Part shown: piece by piece, positions 34,892 through 43,954 of the stretch
How positions within the stretch are numbered: position 1 is the first letter of the stretch
Layout: each line of letters opens with the position of its first letter
DNA from: Clostridia bacterium
GTDB lineage: Bacteria > Bacillota > Clostridia > Christensenellales > DTU072
Length of the DNA stretch: 64,000 bases
NCBI GenBank assembly: GCA_017504305.1
Contig: JAFVRJ010000008.1
Span: 3,477 to 67,476, forward strand
Direction: 5' to 3'
Notes under the pieces: model-generated
Database searches by the model: none
What the model saw: only the letters and a program-made list of their open reading frames with translations
Told to the model about the DNA's origin: nothing
Translations under genes and position numbers: made by a program

Positions 34892-36991
34892 ATGAAAGAA
34901 AGCAGAATTTTTAAAACTACTATCGGTGGTCGCGAAGTTAGCGCGGAAATCGGCGGTTATTGCTCTCACAGCAATGGAGAAGTTTTGATCCGTTGTGGCG
35001 ATACCGTTGTTCTTACCAACGTAACCATGTCCAAATCTCCCCGTGACGGCATGGATTACTTCCCCCTCGGAGTTGACTTCGAAGAGAAGATGTATGCAGT
35101 TGGCAAAATCCCCGGCGGCTACAAGAAGAGAGAAGGTCGTCCCGGCGACAAAGCTATCCTTACCTCTCGTCTAATCGATAGACCTATCCGTCCTTTATTC
35201 CCCAAGGGCCTTTATAATGACGTTACCGTTATTGCAACCGCTCTTTCCGTAGACTACAATATTCCTCCGGAAGTATTCGGTATGCTCGGTAGCTCTATAG
35301 CACTTTCCGTATCCGATATTCCCTTCAACGGACCTACCGGTAGCGTTATGATCGGTTACGTTGACGGCGAATACATCATCAACCCCGATAGCGCACAACG
35401 CGAAGTATCTCGTCTTAACCTTGCATTAAGCGGAACTAAAGATGCTATCATGATGGTTGAAGCAGGCGCAAACGAGCTTACTGAAGAAGAAATGCTCAAT
35501 GCTATCCTTTTCGGTCACGAAGAAATCAAGAAGATCGTTGCTTGGATAGAGGAAATCCAAAAAGAAGTTGGCAAACCCAAGAAGCAAGTTGAGCTTTATC
35601 ATGCTCCCGAAGATATCGAAAAGGAAGTTAAAGCATACGCTCAAGATAAGATTAACTACATGTTCGATACTTTCGATCGCAACGTCCGTGAAGAAAGAGA
35701 AGAAGAAATCATGGCTGACATCATGGCACACTTCGACGAAATCTATCCCGACAACAGACGTGACGTAGCAGATATTCTTTACGCGATGAAGAAGGAATGC
35801 GTACGCGCAATGATCGCAGATAGAGGCGTACGTCCCGATGGCAGAACTCTTACCGAAATTCGTCCCATTTGGTGCGAAGCAGGTCTTCTCCCCAGAGTAC
35901 ATGGCTCCGCAGTATTTACCAGAGGCCAAACTCAAGTATTGACCACCGCAACTCTCGGCACCATCTCCGAGGCTCAAAAGCTCGAAGGTCTTGACGACGA
36001 AGTATTCAAGAGATATATCCACCATTACAACATGCCCGGATACAGCACCGGCGAAGCTAAACCCCTCCGTAGCCCCGGCAGACGTGAAATCGGCCATGGC
36101 GCACTTGCAGAACGTGCTTTAGAGCCCGTTTTACCGAGCGAGGAGTTCTTCCCTTACGCTATCAGAACTGTTTCTGAAGTTATCAGCTCTAACGGTTCTA
36201 CCTCTCAAGCATCCGTTTGCGGATCCACCCTTGCTCTTATGGATGCAGGTGTTCCGATCAAGGCTCCCGTAGCAGGTGTTGCAATGGGTCTTATCAAGGA
36301 CGACGTTAACGATAAGCTTCACATCCTTACCGACATCCAAGGTATCGAAGACTTCTTCGGCGATATGGACTTCAAAGTAGCAGGTACCAAAGATGGTATT
36401 ACCGCTATCCAAATGGATATTAAAATTAAGGGCATCAATAGAGAAATTCTTACCCGCGCTCTCGAGCAAGCAAGACAAGGCAGATTGCATATTTTAGGCA
36501 AAATGCTCGAAGTTTTACCCGCTCCCCGCAAGGAACTCAGCCCCTTTGCTCCCAAGATCGTTTCCTTCTCGATCAATCCTGATAAGATCAGAGAAGTTAT
36601 CGGTAGTGGTGGCAAGACTATCAATAAGATTATCGAAGATACCGGCGTTAAGATCGATATCAGCGACGACGGCACCATCTTTGTTGCATCCAATGATTCT
36701 CAAGCAATTGCAAACGCACGTCAAATCATTGAAGATATCGTTCGCGAATACGAAGTAGGAGAAGAGTTCGAAGGCACCGTTGTTAAAATCATGGAAAATG
36801 AGAAGGGCCAATTCGGTGCATCTGTAAAAATTGCATCCAATAAGGACGGCATGATCCACATCAGCAAGTTTTCAAAAGAACGCGTTGAAAAGGTTACCGA
36901 CGTAGTTAACGTAGGCGATAGAGTTAAAGTTAAGATCATTAAGATCGACGAGAAACAAAGAATCGACCTCAAACTTATCAAAAAATTATAA
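34892..36991 (+). CDS. pnp: Polyribonucleotide nucleotidyltransferase (PNPase)
   Basis: ATG 34892 (MKESRIF) after AGGAGG. Two RNase PH repeats, KH 'IREVIGSGGKTINKI' and an S1 domain (GEEFEGTVVKI...). Confidence 0.95.
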   Translation: MKESRIFKTTIGGREVSAEIGGYCSHSNGEVLIRCGDTVVLTNVTMSKSPRDGMDYFPLGVDFEEKMYAVGKIPGGYKKREGRPGDKAILTSRLIDRPIRPLFPKGLYNDVTVIATALSVDYNIPPEVFGMLGSSIALSVSDIPFNGPTGSVMIGYVDGEYIINPDSAQREVSRLNLALSGTKDAIMMVEAGANELTEEEMLNAILFGHEEIKKIVAWIEEIQKEVGKPKKQVELYHAPEDIEKEVKAYAQDKINYMFDTFDRNVREEREEEIMADIMAHFDEIYPDNRRDVADILYAMKKECVRAMIADRGVRPDGRTLTEIRPIWCEAGLLPRVHGSAVFTRGQTQVLTTATLGTISEAQKLEGLDDEVFKRYIHHYNMPGYSTGEAKPLRSPGRREIGHGALAERALEPVLPSEEFFPYAIRTVSEVISSNGSTSQASVCGSTLALMDAGVPIKAPVAGVAMGLIKDDVNDKLHILTDIQGIEDFFGDMDFKVAGTKDGITAIQMDIKIKGINREILTRALEQARQGRLHILGKMLEVLPAPRKELSPFAPKIVSFSINPDKIREVIGSGGKTINKIIEDTGVKIDISDDGTIFVASNDSQAIANARQIIEDIVREYEVGEEFEGTVVKIMENEKGQFGASVKIASNKDGMIHISKFSKERVEKVTDVVNVGDRVKVKIIKIDEKQRIDLKLIKKL

Positions 36992-37019
36992 TCACATAAA
37001 TACATTAACGGAGGCAATA

Positions 37020-37715
37020 ATGCAATACACTCACGAAGTTGAAAAAATGGTTTGTGTAGCAAAGGGTCCTAACCACGGTCCCGCACCCATCCCTGAAGAG
37101 GGCAAATGGATTAAAGCTAAAGAAATTAGCGACATTAGTGGTCTTACCCACGGTGTAGGCTGGTGTGCTCCTCAACAAGGCGCTTGCAAGCTTACCCTTA
37201 ACATCAAAGACGGCATCATCGAAGAAGCTCTCGTAGAAACTCTTGGTTGCTCCGGCATGACTCACTCTGCAGCTATGGCAGCAGAAATCCTTCCCGGCAA
37301 AACCATCCTCGAGGCTCTTAACACCGACCTCGTTTGCGATGCTATCAACACCGCAATGCGCGAACTCTTCCTCCAAATCGTATACGGCAGAAGCCAATCC
37401 GCTTTCTCGGAGAACGGTCTTTCTATCGGTGCAGGTCTTGAAGACCTCGGTAAAGGACTTCGTAGCCAAATCGGTACTATGTACTCCACCAAGGCAAAGG
37501 GCGTAAGATACCTTGAAATGGCAGAAGGTTACGTTACCCGCATCGGCCTTGACGAAGACGGTGAAGTTATCGGTTACGAATTCATCCGTCTCGGCCAAAT
37601 GCTCGAGCAAATCACTGTTAAAGGCGTTGACCCCGCAGAAGCTCTTAAGAAGTGCACCGGTACTTATGGTCGCTTTGCTGATGCAGTTAACAAGATTAAC
37701 CCCAGAATTCAATAG
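37020..37715 (+). CDS. NifU/IscU-like domain protein (partner of the GGGtGRT protein)
   Basis: 'LVETLGCSGMTHSAAMAAEILPGKTILEAL' resembles the IscU scaffold core. RBS GGAGG. The mirror minus-strand ORF 37005-37712 has no RBS and is rejected. Confidence 0.7.
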   Translation: MQYTHEVEKMVCVAKGPNHGPAPIPEEGKWIKAKEISDISGLTHGVGWCAPQQGACKLTLNIKDGIIEEALVETLGCSGMTHSAAMAAEILPGKTILEALNTDLVCDAINTAMRELFLQIVYGRSQSAFSENGLSIGAGLEDLGKGLRSQIGTMYSTKAKGVRYLEMAEGYVTRIGLDEDGEVIGYEFIRLGQMLEQITVKGVDPAEALKKCTGTYGRFADAVNKINPRIQ

Positions 37716-37726
37716 GGAGGCACACT

Positions 37727-38728
37727 ATGGATATCAGATTTGAAGGTTTTGATAGAAGAATAGATAAAATCAATGCATTCCTCGCAAGCATCGGCGTTAA
37801 AGATCTTGCAGAAGCAAAGAGCATCTGCGATGCAAAAGGCATCGACGTTGAAGCAATCGTAAAGGGAGTTCAACCCATTGCTTTCGAAAACGCAGTTTGG
37901 GCATACACCATTGGTTGTGCAAACGCAATCGTAAAGGGCGCTAAAAAAGCAGCTGATGCAGCTGAAGCTATTGGCGCTGGCTTACAAGCTTTCTGCGTAC
38001 CCGGATCCGTTGCAGACACCCGTAAGGTAGGTCTTGGACACGGTAACCTCGCAGCTAAACTTCTCCGTGAAGAAACCAAGTGCTTTGCATTTGTAGCAGG
38101 TCACGAAAGCTTTGCAGCAGCTGAAGGTGCAATCGGTATTGCACGTTCTGCTAACAAAGTTCGTAAAGAGCCCCTCCGCGTTATCCTTAACGGTCTTGGT
38201 AAGGATGCAGCATTCATCATTAGCCGTATCAATGGCTTCACCTACGTAGAAACCGATTATAACCAATTTACCGATGAACTCACCGTTGTAAGAGAAAAGG
38301 CTTACTCTAACGGCGAAAAAGCAAAGGTAAGATGCTATGGTGCTAACGACGTTAACGAAGGTGTTGCTATCATGATTAAGGAAGGCGTTGACGTAGGTAT
38401 TACCGGCAACAGTACCAACCCCACCCGTTTCCAACACCCCGTAAGTGGTACCTATAAGAAATGGTGTATTGAGAACGGCAAGACTTACTTCTCCGTTGCT
38501 TCTGGTGGCGGTACCGGCAGAACCCTCCACCCCGACAATATGGCAGCAGGTCCCGCTTCCTATGGTATGACCGATACTATGGGTAGAATGCACAGTGATG
38601 CTCAATTCGCAGGTTCTTCGTCCGTACCCGCTCACGTAGAAATGATGGGCCTTATCGGTATGGGTAACAACCCCATGGTTGGCGCAACTGTTGCAGTAGC
38701 AGTTGCTATTGAAGAAGCAAGCAAATAA
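37727..38728 (+). CDS. GGGtGRT family protein (uncharacterised)
   Basis: The eponymous motif 'SGGGTGRTLHPDN' is encoded at 38504-38524. 333 aa. RBS GGGAGG. Confidence 0.8.
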   Translation: MDIRFEGFDRRIDKINAFLASIGVKDLAEAKSICDAKGIDVEAIVKGVQPIAFENAVWAYTIGCANAIVKGAKKAADAAEAIGAGLQAFCVPGSVADTRKVGLGHGNLAAKLLREETKCFAFVAGHESFAAAEGAIGIARSANKVRKEPLRVILNGLGKDAAFIISRINGFTYVETDYNQFTDELTVVREKAYSNGEKAKVRCYGANDVNEGVAIMIKEGVDVGITGNSTNPTRFQHPVSGTYKKWCIENGKTYFSVASGGGTGRTLHPDNMAAGPASYGMTDTMGRMHSDAQFAGSSSVPAHVEMMGLIGMGNNPMVGATVAVAVAIEEASK

Positions 38729-38743
38729 TTAAACCATTAAAAT

Positions 38744-38780
38744 AAAAAATCAGACCTCGAAAGGGGTCTGATTTTTATTT
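38744..38780. terminator. Bidirectional terminator between the GGGtGRT gene and the convergent kinase gene
   Basis: AAAAAA, hairpin atcagacc...ggtctgat, then TTTTTATTT. Confidence 0.75.
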
Positions 38781-38795
38781 GTCTTGTACTAAAAA

Positions 38796-40172
38796 TTAAA
38801 AATATTTAATATCGTTTTTAAAAGTATCTATAACAATCGATCTGGCCTGTTGAAGATTGATGTTTTTATTGAGGTACATCATTTGAGAAATTAAATTACC
38901 TGTGGCAGTACACTCAGTGGGCCCGGCAGATACTCTCTTGCCAGTGTATTTAGCTGTTAGCGTATTTAGATAAATATCTTTAGAGCCACCTCCAACAATA
39001 TATATCGTACTATAGCTATTTTCGGTAATATGCTCTATTTCTGCAATTGCTTTAGCGTATGAGGAGGCTAACGAGTGATATACGCAGTTGAGCACGTCCG
39101 CTAATGACATTTCTTCAAGTCCGTTAAGATTTTTGATAGCGTTTATCATGCTATCTGGTTTTAAAAGAGTAGGGGAAGTAATGTCTATTACATGGCTATA
39201 TTCGCTTTGCATCGCAAGTTTCATCATGTCGTCGTACGAATAGGCACCTTTAAGCTCTTTCTTGATGGATTGGAATATCCACATGCCGGTAATATTCTTT
39301 AGGAAGCGATAGCGATAATCAATACCGCCTTCGTTAGCTAAATTATTTAACATAGCTGTAGGGGTGGTGATTGGGCTTAATATCTCTGCTCCAACAAGGC
39401 TCCACGTTCCCGATGATATAAATATTCCATCCTCAACAATCGGTAGAGCAGTAACTGCGGAGGCTGTATCGTGCGATGGACAAAAGACTACTTCCGCATT
39501 AAACCCAACTCGTTTAGCTATTTCATTTTGCAAATAACCAACCGAAGTGCAGGGTGGCGCAACTTCTGTAAAGAGACCTTTTCTAAAACCAATGGCCTCT
39601 ATAATATCTTCATCCCAAGCACGATTTTTAGCGTTCAAAAGATTGCTTGTAGAGCAAATTGTATACTCGTGTTTTTTGACTCCGGTAAGTTTATACGACA
39701 GGTATTCCGGCATCATTAAAAAGTCGGCTGCTCGATTTAATTTGCCGGAAATCTTATCACAATAAAGCTGATATAGGGTATTATATTCGGCTTTTTGGAT
39801 ACCTGTACTTTCATATAATGATTGCTCGGGGATAATGTTAAAAACCTTATCGGGCATACCACAAGTGCGTTTATCGCGATAGGAATAGCAGGGTAAAATT
39901 TCGTTGTAGTTTTTATCAAGAAGAACGTAATCTACGCCCCAAGTATCTATAGCGATAGTGCGCGGAATCTTACCGTTTTTTTGACACTCTGCAATACCTT
40001 CAACCACGTGGTTGAATAGTTTTTCGAGGTTCCAACTACAAACTCCGTCATGTTCATCTATACCGTTTTCAAAACGGTATATTTCCTCCATATTGAGCTT
40101 GCCGTTTGTAAGTTGCCCGAGGATGTGCCTTCCGCTTGAGGCACCGATATCTATAGCTAAATAGTAGGTCAT
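38796..40172 (-). CDS. FGGY-family sugar kinase (rhamnulokinase / L-fuculokinase type)
   Basis: 'LAIDIGASSGRH' N-terminus and 'IYIVGGGSKD'. The operon context with fucI suggests L-fuculose is the substrate. Confidence 0.8.
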   Translation of the reverse strand: MTYYLAIDIGASSGRHILGQLTNGKLNMEEIYRFENGIDEHDGVCSWNLEKLFNHVVEGIAECQKNGKIPRTIAIDTWGVDYVLLDKNYNEILPCYSYRDKRTCGMPDKVFNIIPEQSLYESTGIQKAEYNTLYQLYCDKISGKLNRAADFLMMPEYLSYKLTGVKKHEYTICSTSNLLNAKNRAWDEDIIEAIGFRKGLFTEVAPPCTSVGYLQNEIAKRVGFNAEVVFCPSHDTASAVTALPIVEDGIFISSGTWSLVGAEILSPITTPTAMLNNLANEGGIDYRYRFLKNITGMWIFQSIKKELKGAYSYDDMMKLAMQSEYSHVIDITSPTLLKPDSMINAIKNLNGLEEMSLADVLNCVYHSLASSYAKAIAEIEHITENSYSTIYIVGGGSKDIYLNTLTAKYTGKRVSAGPTECTATGNLISQMMYLNKNINLQQARSIVIDTFKNDIKYF

Positions 40173-40855
40173 TATTTATCAAATTTCTTATAGCCGGGAT
40201 GCTTACCGCTGACGTGATAATAATTGTCGCGCAAGTATAGGAGTTTATCAATTTGCGGTTTGGAAATTTCTTGAGCTCCGCCAAGCAAATGAGCTGTTAG
40301 GGAAATTTTAGCGAAAAGCTCCAAAGTTTCCATTCTGTAGTATGCTGTAATAAGATCTGCACCCACAGTTAACGCACCATGGTTTTGGAGCAAGAACACG
40401 TCGTGTTCTTGGAGATAGGGGGCTATCGCTTCGGGCACTTCGTTTGTGCTGGGTGTTCCGTATGGGGTAAGAGGAATTGATCCTATTGCGATAACCGTTT
40501 CAATCATAGAATACTCATCCATGCTTTTGCCAGCTACAGCATAACCTGTTGCCGTTGGCGGATGTGCGTGTACTACTGCTCCAACGTCTTCGCGTTCTTG
40601 ATAACAACGTAGGTGCATTTTGATTTCACTTGAGGGTTTGTAGCCGGGGAGTCCGTCTAAAACTTCACCTTTATTGTTTATAATCACAAGCTTTTCGGGC
40701 GTTATGAAGCTTTTGCTGATGCCGGTTGGCGTTGCCATATAGTTACCGTCGGGAAGCTTAACCGATACGTTACCATCGTTTGCTGCAACCCAACCTAATT
40801 GCCACATTTTATGACAAACGTCACAAAGTTGTTCTCTTATTTCCATGTATTTCAT
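40172..40855 (-). CDS. fucA: Class II aldolase (L-fuculose-1-phosphate / rhamnulose-1-phosphate aldolase family)
   Basis: 'VVHAHPPTATGYA' and 'LLQNHGALTVG'. 227 aa. Its stop overlaps the kinase start. Confidence 0.8.
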   Translation of the reverse strand: MKYMEIREQLCDVCHKMWQLGWVAANDGNVSVKLPDGNYMATPTGISKSFITPEKLVIINNKGEVLDGLPGYKPSSEIKMHLRCYQEREDVGAVVHAHPPTATGYAVAGKSMDEYSMIETVIAIGSIPLTPYGTPSTNEVPEAIAPYLQEHDVFLLQNHGALTVGADLITAYYRMETLELFAKISLTAHLLGGAQEISKPQIDKLLYLRDNYYHVSGKHPGYKKFDK

Positions 40856-40864
40856 ACTATCACC

Positions 40865-42661
40865 TTATTTTTTAAATTGCGGTCCAAAGTTTTTGCAAGC
40901 ACGGAAGTCTTGTCCTTCTTTATCCATGCCAAATGCGTTCCAAACAGCAGGGCGGAAGATATCCTTATCTTCAACGTTATGCATACATACAGGTATACGC
41001 AACATTGAGCAAAGTGTAATAACGTCAGCGCCGATGTGTCCATAAGAAATCGCACCGTGGTTAGCACCCCAATTGTTCATTACGTCGTAAGCGGATTTGA
41101 AAGCGTGCTTTTCGGAAATACGAGGAGCGAACCAAGTGCACGGCCAAGTAAAGTCAGTTCTCTTCCATAGAATATCATTGACGTCTTCGGGGAGATTGAC
41201 CGTCCAACCTTCTACTATTTGCATAACCGGTCCAAGTCCTTTAACAAGGTTAAGTCTTATCATGGTAGCCGGCATTTCCGCTTTAGTAACAAATCTTGAG
41301 GAATATCCACCTCCTCTAAAAGAGCCGAGGTCGGCATAGTTCCAAGTAGAGTTTTGGCATATTGCTCTAACGTCTGCATCGGTTACGTTGTACCACTCTT
41401 TGATTTCAGATTCACCTTTATCGTTTTTCGCTTCGCCGTTAGCATCCAAACAACATGCGCCGGAATTAATTAGGTGAATAAAGCCGTTTGCTTCTTTTGC
41501 GTGTCCTTCGATATCATAACCGGTAACGCGTTTAACGGATTCGCCGTTCCAACAAGTACGTACGTCGGCAAACATTTGAGGACGATTGGTTAATAGCTTC
41601 ATAAACAACATGCTCAAGCCGTTCAAAACGTCGTTTTCGGTTGCTAAAATATAAGGTTCTCGGGTCCCGTTCCAGTCAAAAGAGGAATTTAGGAGTGATT
41701 CGGGGAAATCGCAGTTAGGGTAAAAGTCTGTCCATTGACGTTGACCTTGGAAGCCAGCTGCAATTGCATTGTGTCCAACCATTTCTTCTTCACAGCCTTT
41801 GGGAAGATTGGGATTACCGTTCATAAGATCCTTGATAATAAGCATCATTTTTACAACGAATTCCCATTCCTCATCCTTTTTAGCTCTGCTACGTTGATAT
41901 TCAATCGGATTTTTATCAAAACCTTCTATACAATTGGCTTTAGTCCAAGCAAGAGCTTTCTTGTATTCTTCCTCATCGTAAATGCCCTCGGACATGCGAC
42001 GTATAATCTCTACTTCATCAATTGATTCTACTCTCATACCGAGATAGTCCTCGATAAAGTTACTATCTATAATTGATCCGCCGATACCCATGCATATCGA
42101 ACCAATTTGTAAATATGACTTACCGCGCATGGTAGCAACCGCAATAGCAGCTCTACCAAAACGTAATAGTTTTTCTTTTACGTCATCAGGAATCTCGGTG
42201 TCGTTAGCGTCTTTGACGTTTTTACCGTATATGCCAAACGCAGGTAGACCTTTTTGTGCGTGGGTTGCTAATACCGAGGCAAGGTAAACGGCACCCGGTC
42301 TTTCGGTTCCGTTGAAGCCCCATACCGCCTTGATGGTGTTGGGGTCGGTGTCCATTGTTTCGGCACCATAGCACCAGCAGGGGGTTACGGTGATAGTAAT
42401 GTCTACACCTTCTTTTCTAAATTTATTTGCACAAGCTGCGGCTTCAGCAACTCTTGCTATAGTGGTATCTGCTATAACGACTTTTACCGGTTCGCCATTT
42501 GAATATTTTAGATTTTCTTCAAGAAGTTTCGCGGCACTTTTTGCCATATTCATTGTTTGATCTTCGAGCGACTCGCGTACTTGCATAAATCCTCTTCGAC
42601 CGTCAATTGTGGGGCGTATGCCGATTACGGGATAATCGCCGATAAGTCTTGATTTTGCCAT
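40865..42661 (-). CDS. fucI: L-fucose isomerase
   Basis: 598 aa. '[11 protein letters not shown]' N-terminus, with length and composition typical of FucI. RBS GGAGGT. Confidence 0.85.
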   Translation of the reverse strand: MAKSRLIGDYPVIGIRPTIDGRRGFMQVRESLEDQTMNMAKSAAKLLEENLKYSNGEPVKVVIADTTIARVAEAAACANKFRKEGVDITITVTPCWCYGAETMDTDPNTIKAVWGFNGTERPGAVYLASVLATHAQKGLPAFGIYGKNVKDANDTEIPDDVKEKLLRFGRAAIAVATMRGKSYLQIGSICMGIGGSIIDSNFIEDYLGMRVESIDEVEIIRRMSEGIYDEEEYKKALAWTKANCIEGFDKNPIEYQRSRAKKDEEWEFVVKMMLIIKDLMNGNPNLPKGCEEEMVGHNAIAAGFQGQRQWTDFYPNCDFPESLLNSSFDWNGTREPYILATENDVLNGLSMLFMKLLTNRPQMFADVRTCWNGESVKRVTGYDIEGHAKEANGFIHLINSGACCLDANGEAKNDKGESEIKEWYNVTDADVRAICQNSTWNYADLGSFRGGGYSSRFVTKAEMPATMIRLNLVKGLGPVMQIVEGWTVNLPEDVNDILWKRTDFTWPCTWFAPRISEKHAFKSAYDVMNNWGANHGAISYGHIGADVITLCSMLRIPVCMHNVEDKDIFRPAVWNAFGMDKEGQDFRACKNFGPQFKK

Positions 42662-42689
42662 ATATTACCTCCGAATGGTCATTTCTTTA

Positions 42690-42718
42690 ATTATACATTA
42701 AATCTAATGAATGTTCAA
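42690..42718 (-). promoter_or_regulatory. Sigma-A-type promoter of the fucI operon (minus strand)
   Basis: The minus strand reads TTGAAC, 17 nt, TATAAT. The -10 lies ~29 nt upstream of ATG 42661. Confidence 0.6.
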
Positions 42719-42755
42719 TACTGAAAAACATATTTTAAAAAGTTATAAAAAACGA

Positions 42756-42784
42756 TTGCTTTTTTATCATTTCCAATTTACAAT
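42756..42784 (+). promoter_or_regulatory. Putative promoter of tRNA-Thr
   Basis: TTGCTT, 17 nt, TACAAT. The -10 ends 12 nt before the tRNA 5' end. Confidence 0.5.
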
Positions 42785-42796
42785 ACATAAGAAGAT

Positions 42797-42872
42797 GCTA
42801 ATGTAGCACAGTAGGTAGTGCGGTTCACTCGTAATGAACAGGTCGCCGGTTCGAGTCCGGCCATTAGCTCCA
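42797..42872 (+). tRNA. tRNA-Thr (anticodon CGT)
   Basis: Manual cloverleaf, 76 nt: GCTAATG/CATTAGC acceptor, GCAC/GTGC D stem, GTTCA-CTCGTAA-TGAAC anticodon arm, GCCGG-TTCGAGT-CCGGC T arm, encoded CCA. Confidence 0.9.
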
Positions 42873-42873
42873 A

Positions 42874-42896
42874 AGCCGTCCTATGACGGCTTTTTG
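42874..42896 (+). terminator. Terminator after tRNA-Thr
   Basis: Hairpin agccgtc-ctat-gacggct followed by TTTTT. Confidence 0.75.
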
Positions 42897-42961
42897 TATA
42901 TAAATCGTTTGTTTGTCAAAAATTCTAAAACAAAAATAATTAAATAATTTTGCATATTTGA

Positions 42962-42990
42962 TAGACAACAAAAATAAGTTATGGTATACT
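42962..42990 (+). promoter_or_regulatory. Putative promoter of tRNA-Cys
   Basis: TAGACA, 17 nt, TATACT with TGn immediately upstream of the -10. The tRNA starts 17 nt downstream. Confidence 0.5.
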
Positions 42991-43007
42991 ACATGAGAAA
43001 TAAATAT

Positions 43008-43082
43008 GGCGCCATAGCCAAGTGGTAAGGCACGGGTCTGCAAAACCTCTATTCCCCAGTTCAAATCTGGGTGGCGCCTCCA
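43008..43082 (+). tRNA. tRNA-Cys (anticodon GCA)
   Basis: Manual cloverleaf, 75 nt: GGCGCCA/TGGCGCC acceptor, anticodon loop CTGCAAA, CCCAG-TTCAAAT-CTGGG T arm, encoded CCA. Confidence 0.88.
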
Positions 43083-43085
43083 AAA

Positions 43086-43117
43086 AATTCCGAAAGTTTT
43101 TGCTTTCGGAATTTTTT
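43086..43117 (+). terminator. Terminator after tRNA-Cys
   Basis: 11-bp hairpin aattccgaaag-tttttg-ctttcggaatt followed by TTTTT. Confidence 0.8.
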
Positions 43118-43120
43118 ATC

Positions 43121-43330
43121 CAAGCCGACGACGGAGGCTTGGTATGTAATCTACACGCTTGCGCGTTGTATGTAATTGCGACGAAGGCGCGTAGGGCATC
43201 AGGCTGGGGCGTGCAATTTTCGTCGGCTTGATAACATACAACACTATGTGTTGATTCCATACAGCCCTTATGGGCTGAGGACATACCGCCTGCGGCGGAT
43301 TTCATCCACGGCCACGCCGTGATTTGGATG
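43121..43330 (+). ncRNA. Candidate structured RNA / structured 5' leader (unclassified), GC-rich hairpin series
   Basis: Perfect 10-bp outer stem CAAGCCGACG (43121-30) / CGTCGGCTTG (43221-30). Further hairpins at 43155-66, 43239-53, 43262-77, 43286-98 and 43307-21. Clearly more GC-rich than its flanks. No credible ORF. Confidence 0.3.
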
Positions 43331-43354
43331 CAAAGGATGCGAAAGGAGAACCAA

Positions 43355-43708
43355 ATGGCAAAGAATTTATTGCTCGAGTATTCTGAAGAACTTGCTACAA
43401 AATGTGAACTACTCTGCGAATCTATCGGCGGAAATTCCAACACCGTTTTTCAGCTTCGCAAATCCTCGTCGAGTGTGTTTGCTAATATTACCGAAGCGCA
43501 ATATCCTCAAAGCCTTGCCGACATGCTTTCAAAATTCAAGATCGCAAGAAAAGAGTGCGCGGAAACAGAAAGCTGGCTCAAATTGCTTTATAACACAAAA
43601 ACAATAGATGAAGAAACCTTCAAAACCTATTGCAACTTCTGTGGCAGAATACACCGAATGCTCACCTCGTCGTGTATTACAATTGAAAAGAAAATTGATA
43701 ACAAATAA
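43355..43708 (+). CDS. Four-helix-bundle protein (23S rRNA intervening-sequence protein / Avd-like family)
   Basis: ATG 43355 after AAAGGAG. 'QLRKSSSSVFANITEAQYPQSLADMLSKFKIARKECAETESWLKLL' matches the family pattern (R-S..S...NI.E.........F....A..E..ET..WL). Confidence 0.75.
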   Translation: MAKNLLLEYSEELATKCELLCESIGGNSNTVFQLRKSSSSVFANITEAQYPQSLADMLSKFKIARKECAETESWLKLLYNTKTIDEETFKTYCNFCGRIHRMLTSSCITIEKKIDNK

Positions 43709-43954
43709 TTTTCAAAACTTATCCGGACTTATGACTTCCTTTCGGTATAATGGCGTTATCCAACCAAAAGGAAGTCTTTTTTTGTTAAAATGATATAGAC
43801 AAGGCGATTTATTTGTGCTAACATAAATATGATACACAAAAGCTAATTAACAGTTTTATGTAAGTTTTGTGTAGCAACAATCGAAGTTTGCGTTTTTGGT
43901 GTGCGTAGCTTCGGTTGTGCACACTTTTTATTTTATTTTTTGGGAGGAAAAATC

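Noticed and set aside
37005-37712. 235-aa minus-strand ORF that almost exactly mirrors the NifU-like gene. Similar long antisense ORFs lie at 35426-36097, 36131-36859 and 37982-38635.
   Set aside because: These are shadow ORFs created by the strong C-ending codon bias of the plus-strand genes. They have no RBS and give low-complexity products. The plus-strand products carry recognisable motifs (PNPase KH/S1, IscU-like core, GGGTGRT).
42797-43082. Integrated prophage or ICE at the tRNA-Thr/tRNA-Cys pair.
   Set aside because: No integrase, recombinase or phage-like ORFs flank the tRNAs, and I saw no direct repeat of either tRNA 3' end downstream.
43195-43206. CUGAUG-like string on the minus strand (gcatcaggc), suggestive of a hammerhead core.
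   Set aside because: It reads CCTGATGCC, not CUGAUGA, and there is no matching GAAA/stem arrangement.
42979-43443. 154-aa minus-strand ORF spanning the tRNA-Cys region and the GC-rich element.
   Set aside because: It overlaps a bona fide tRNA gene and its terminator. The frame is open only because of the local GC richness, and it has no RBS or recognisable family.
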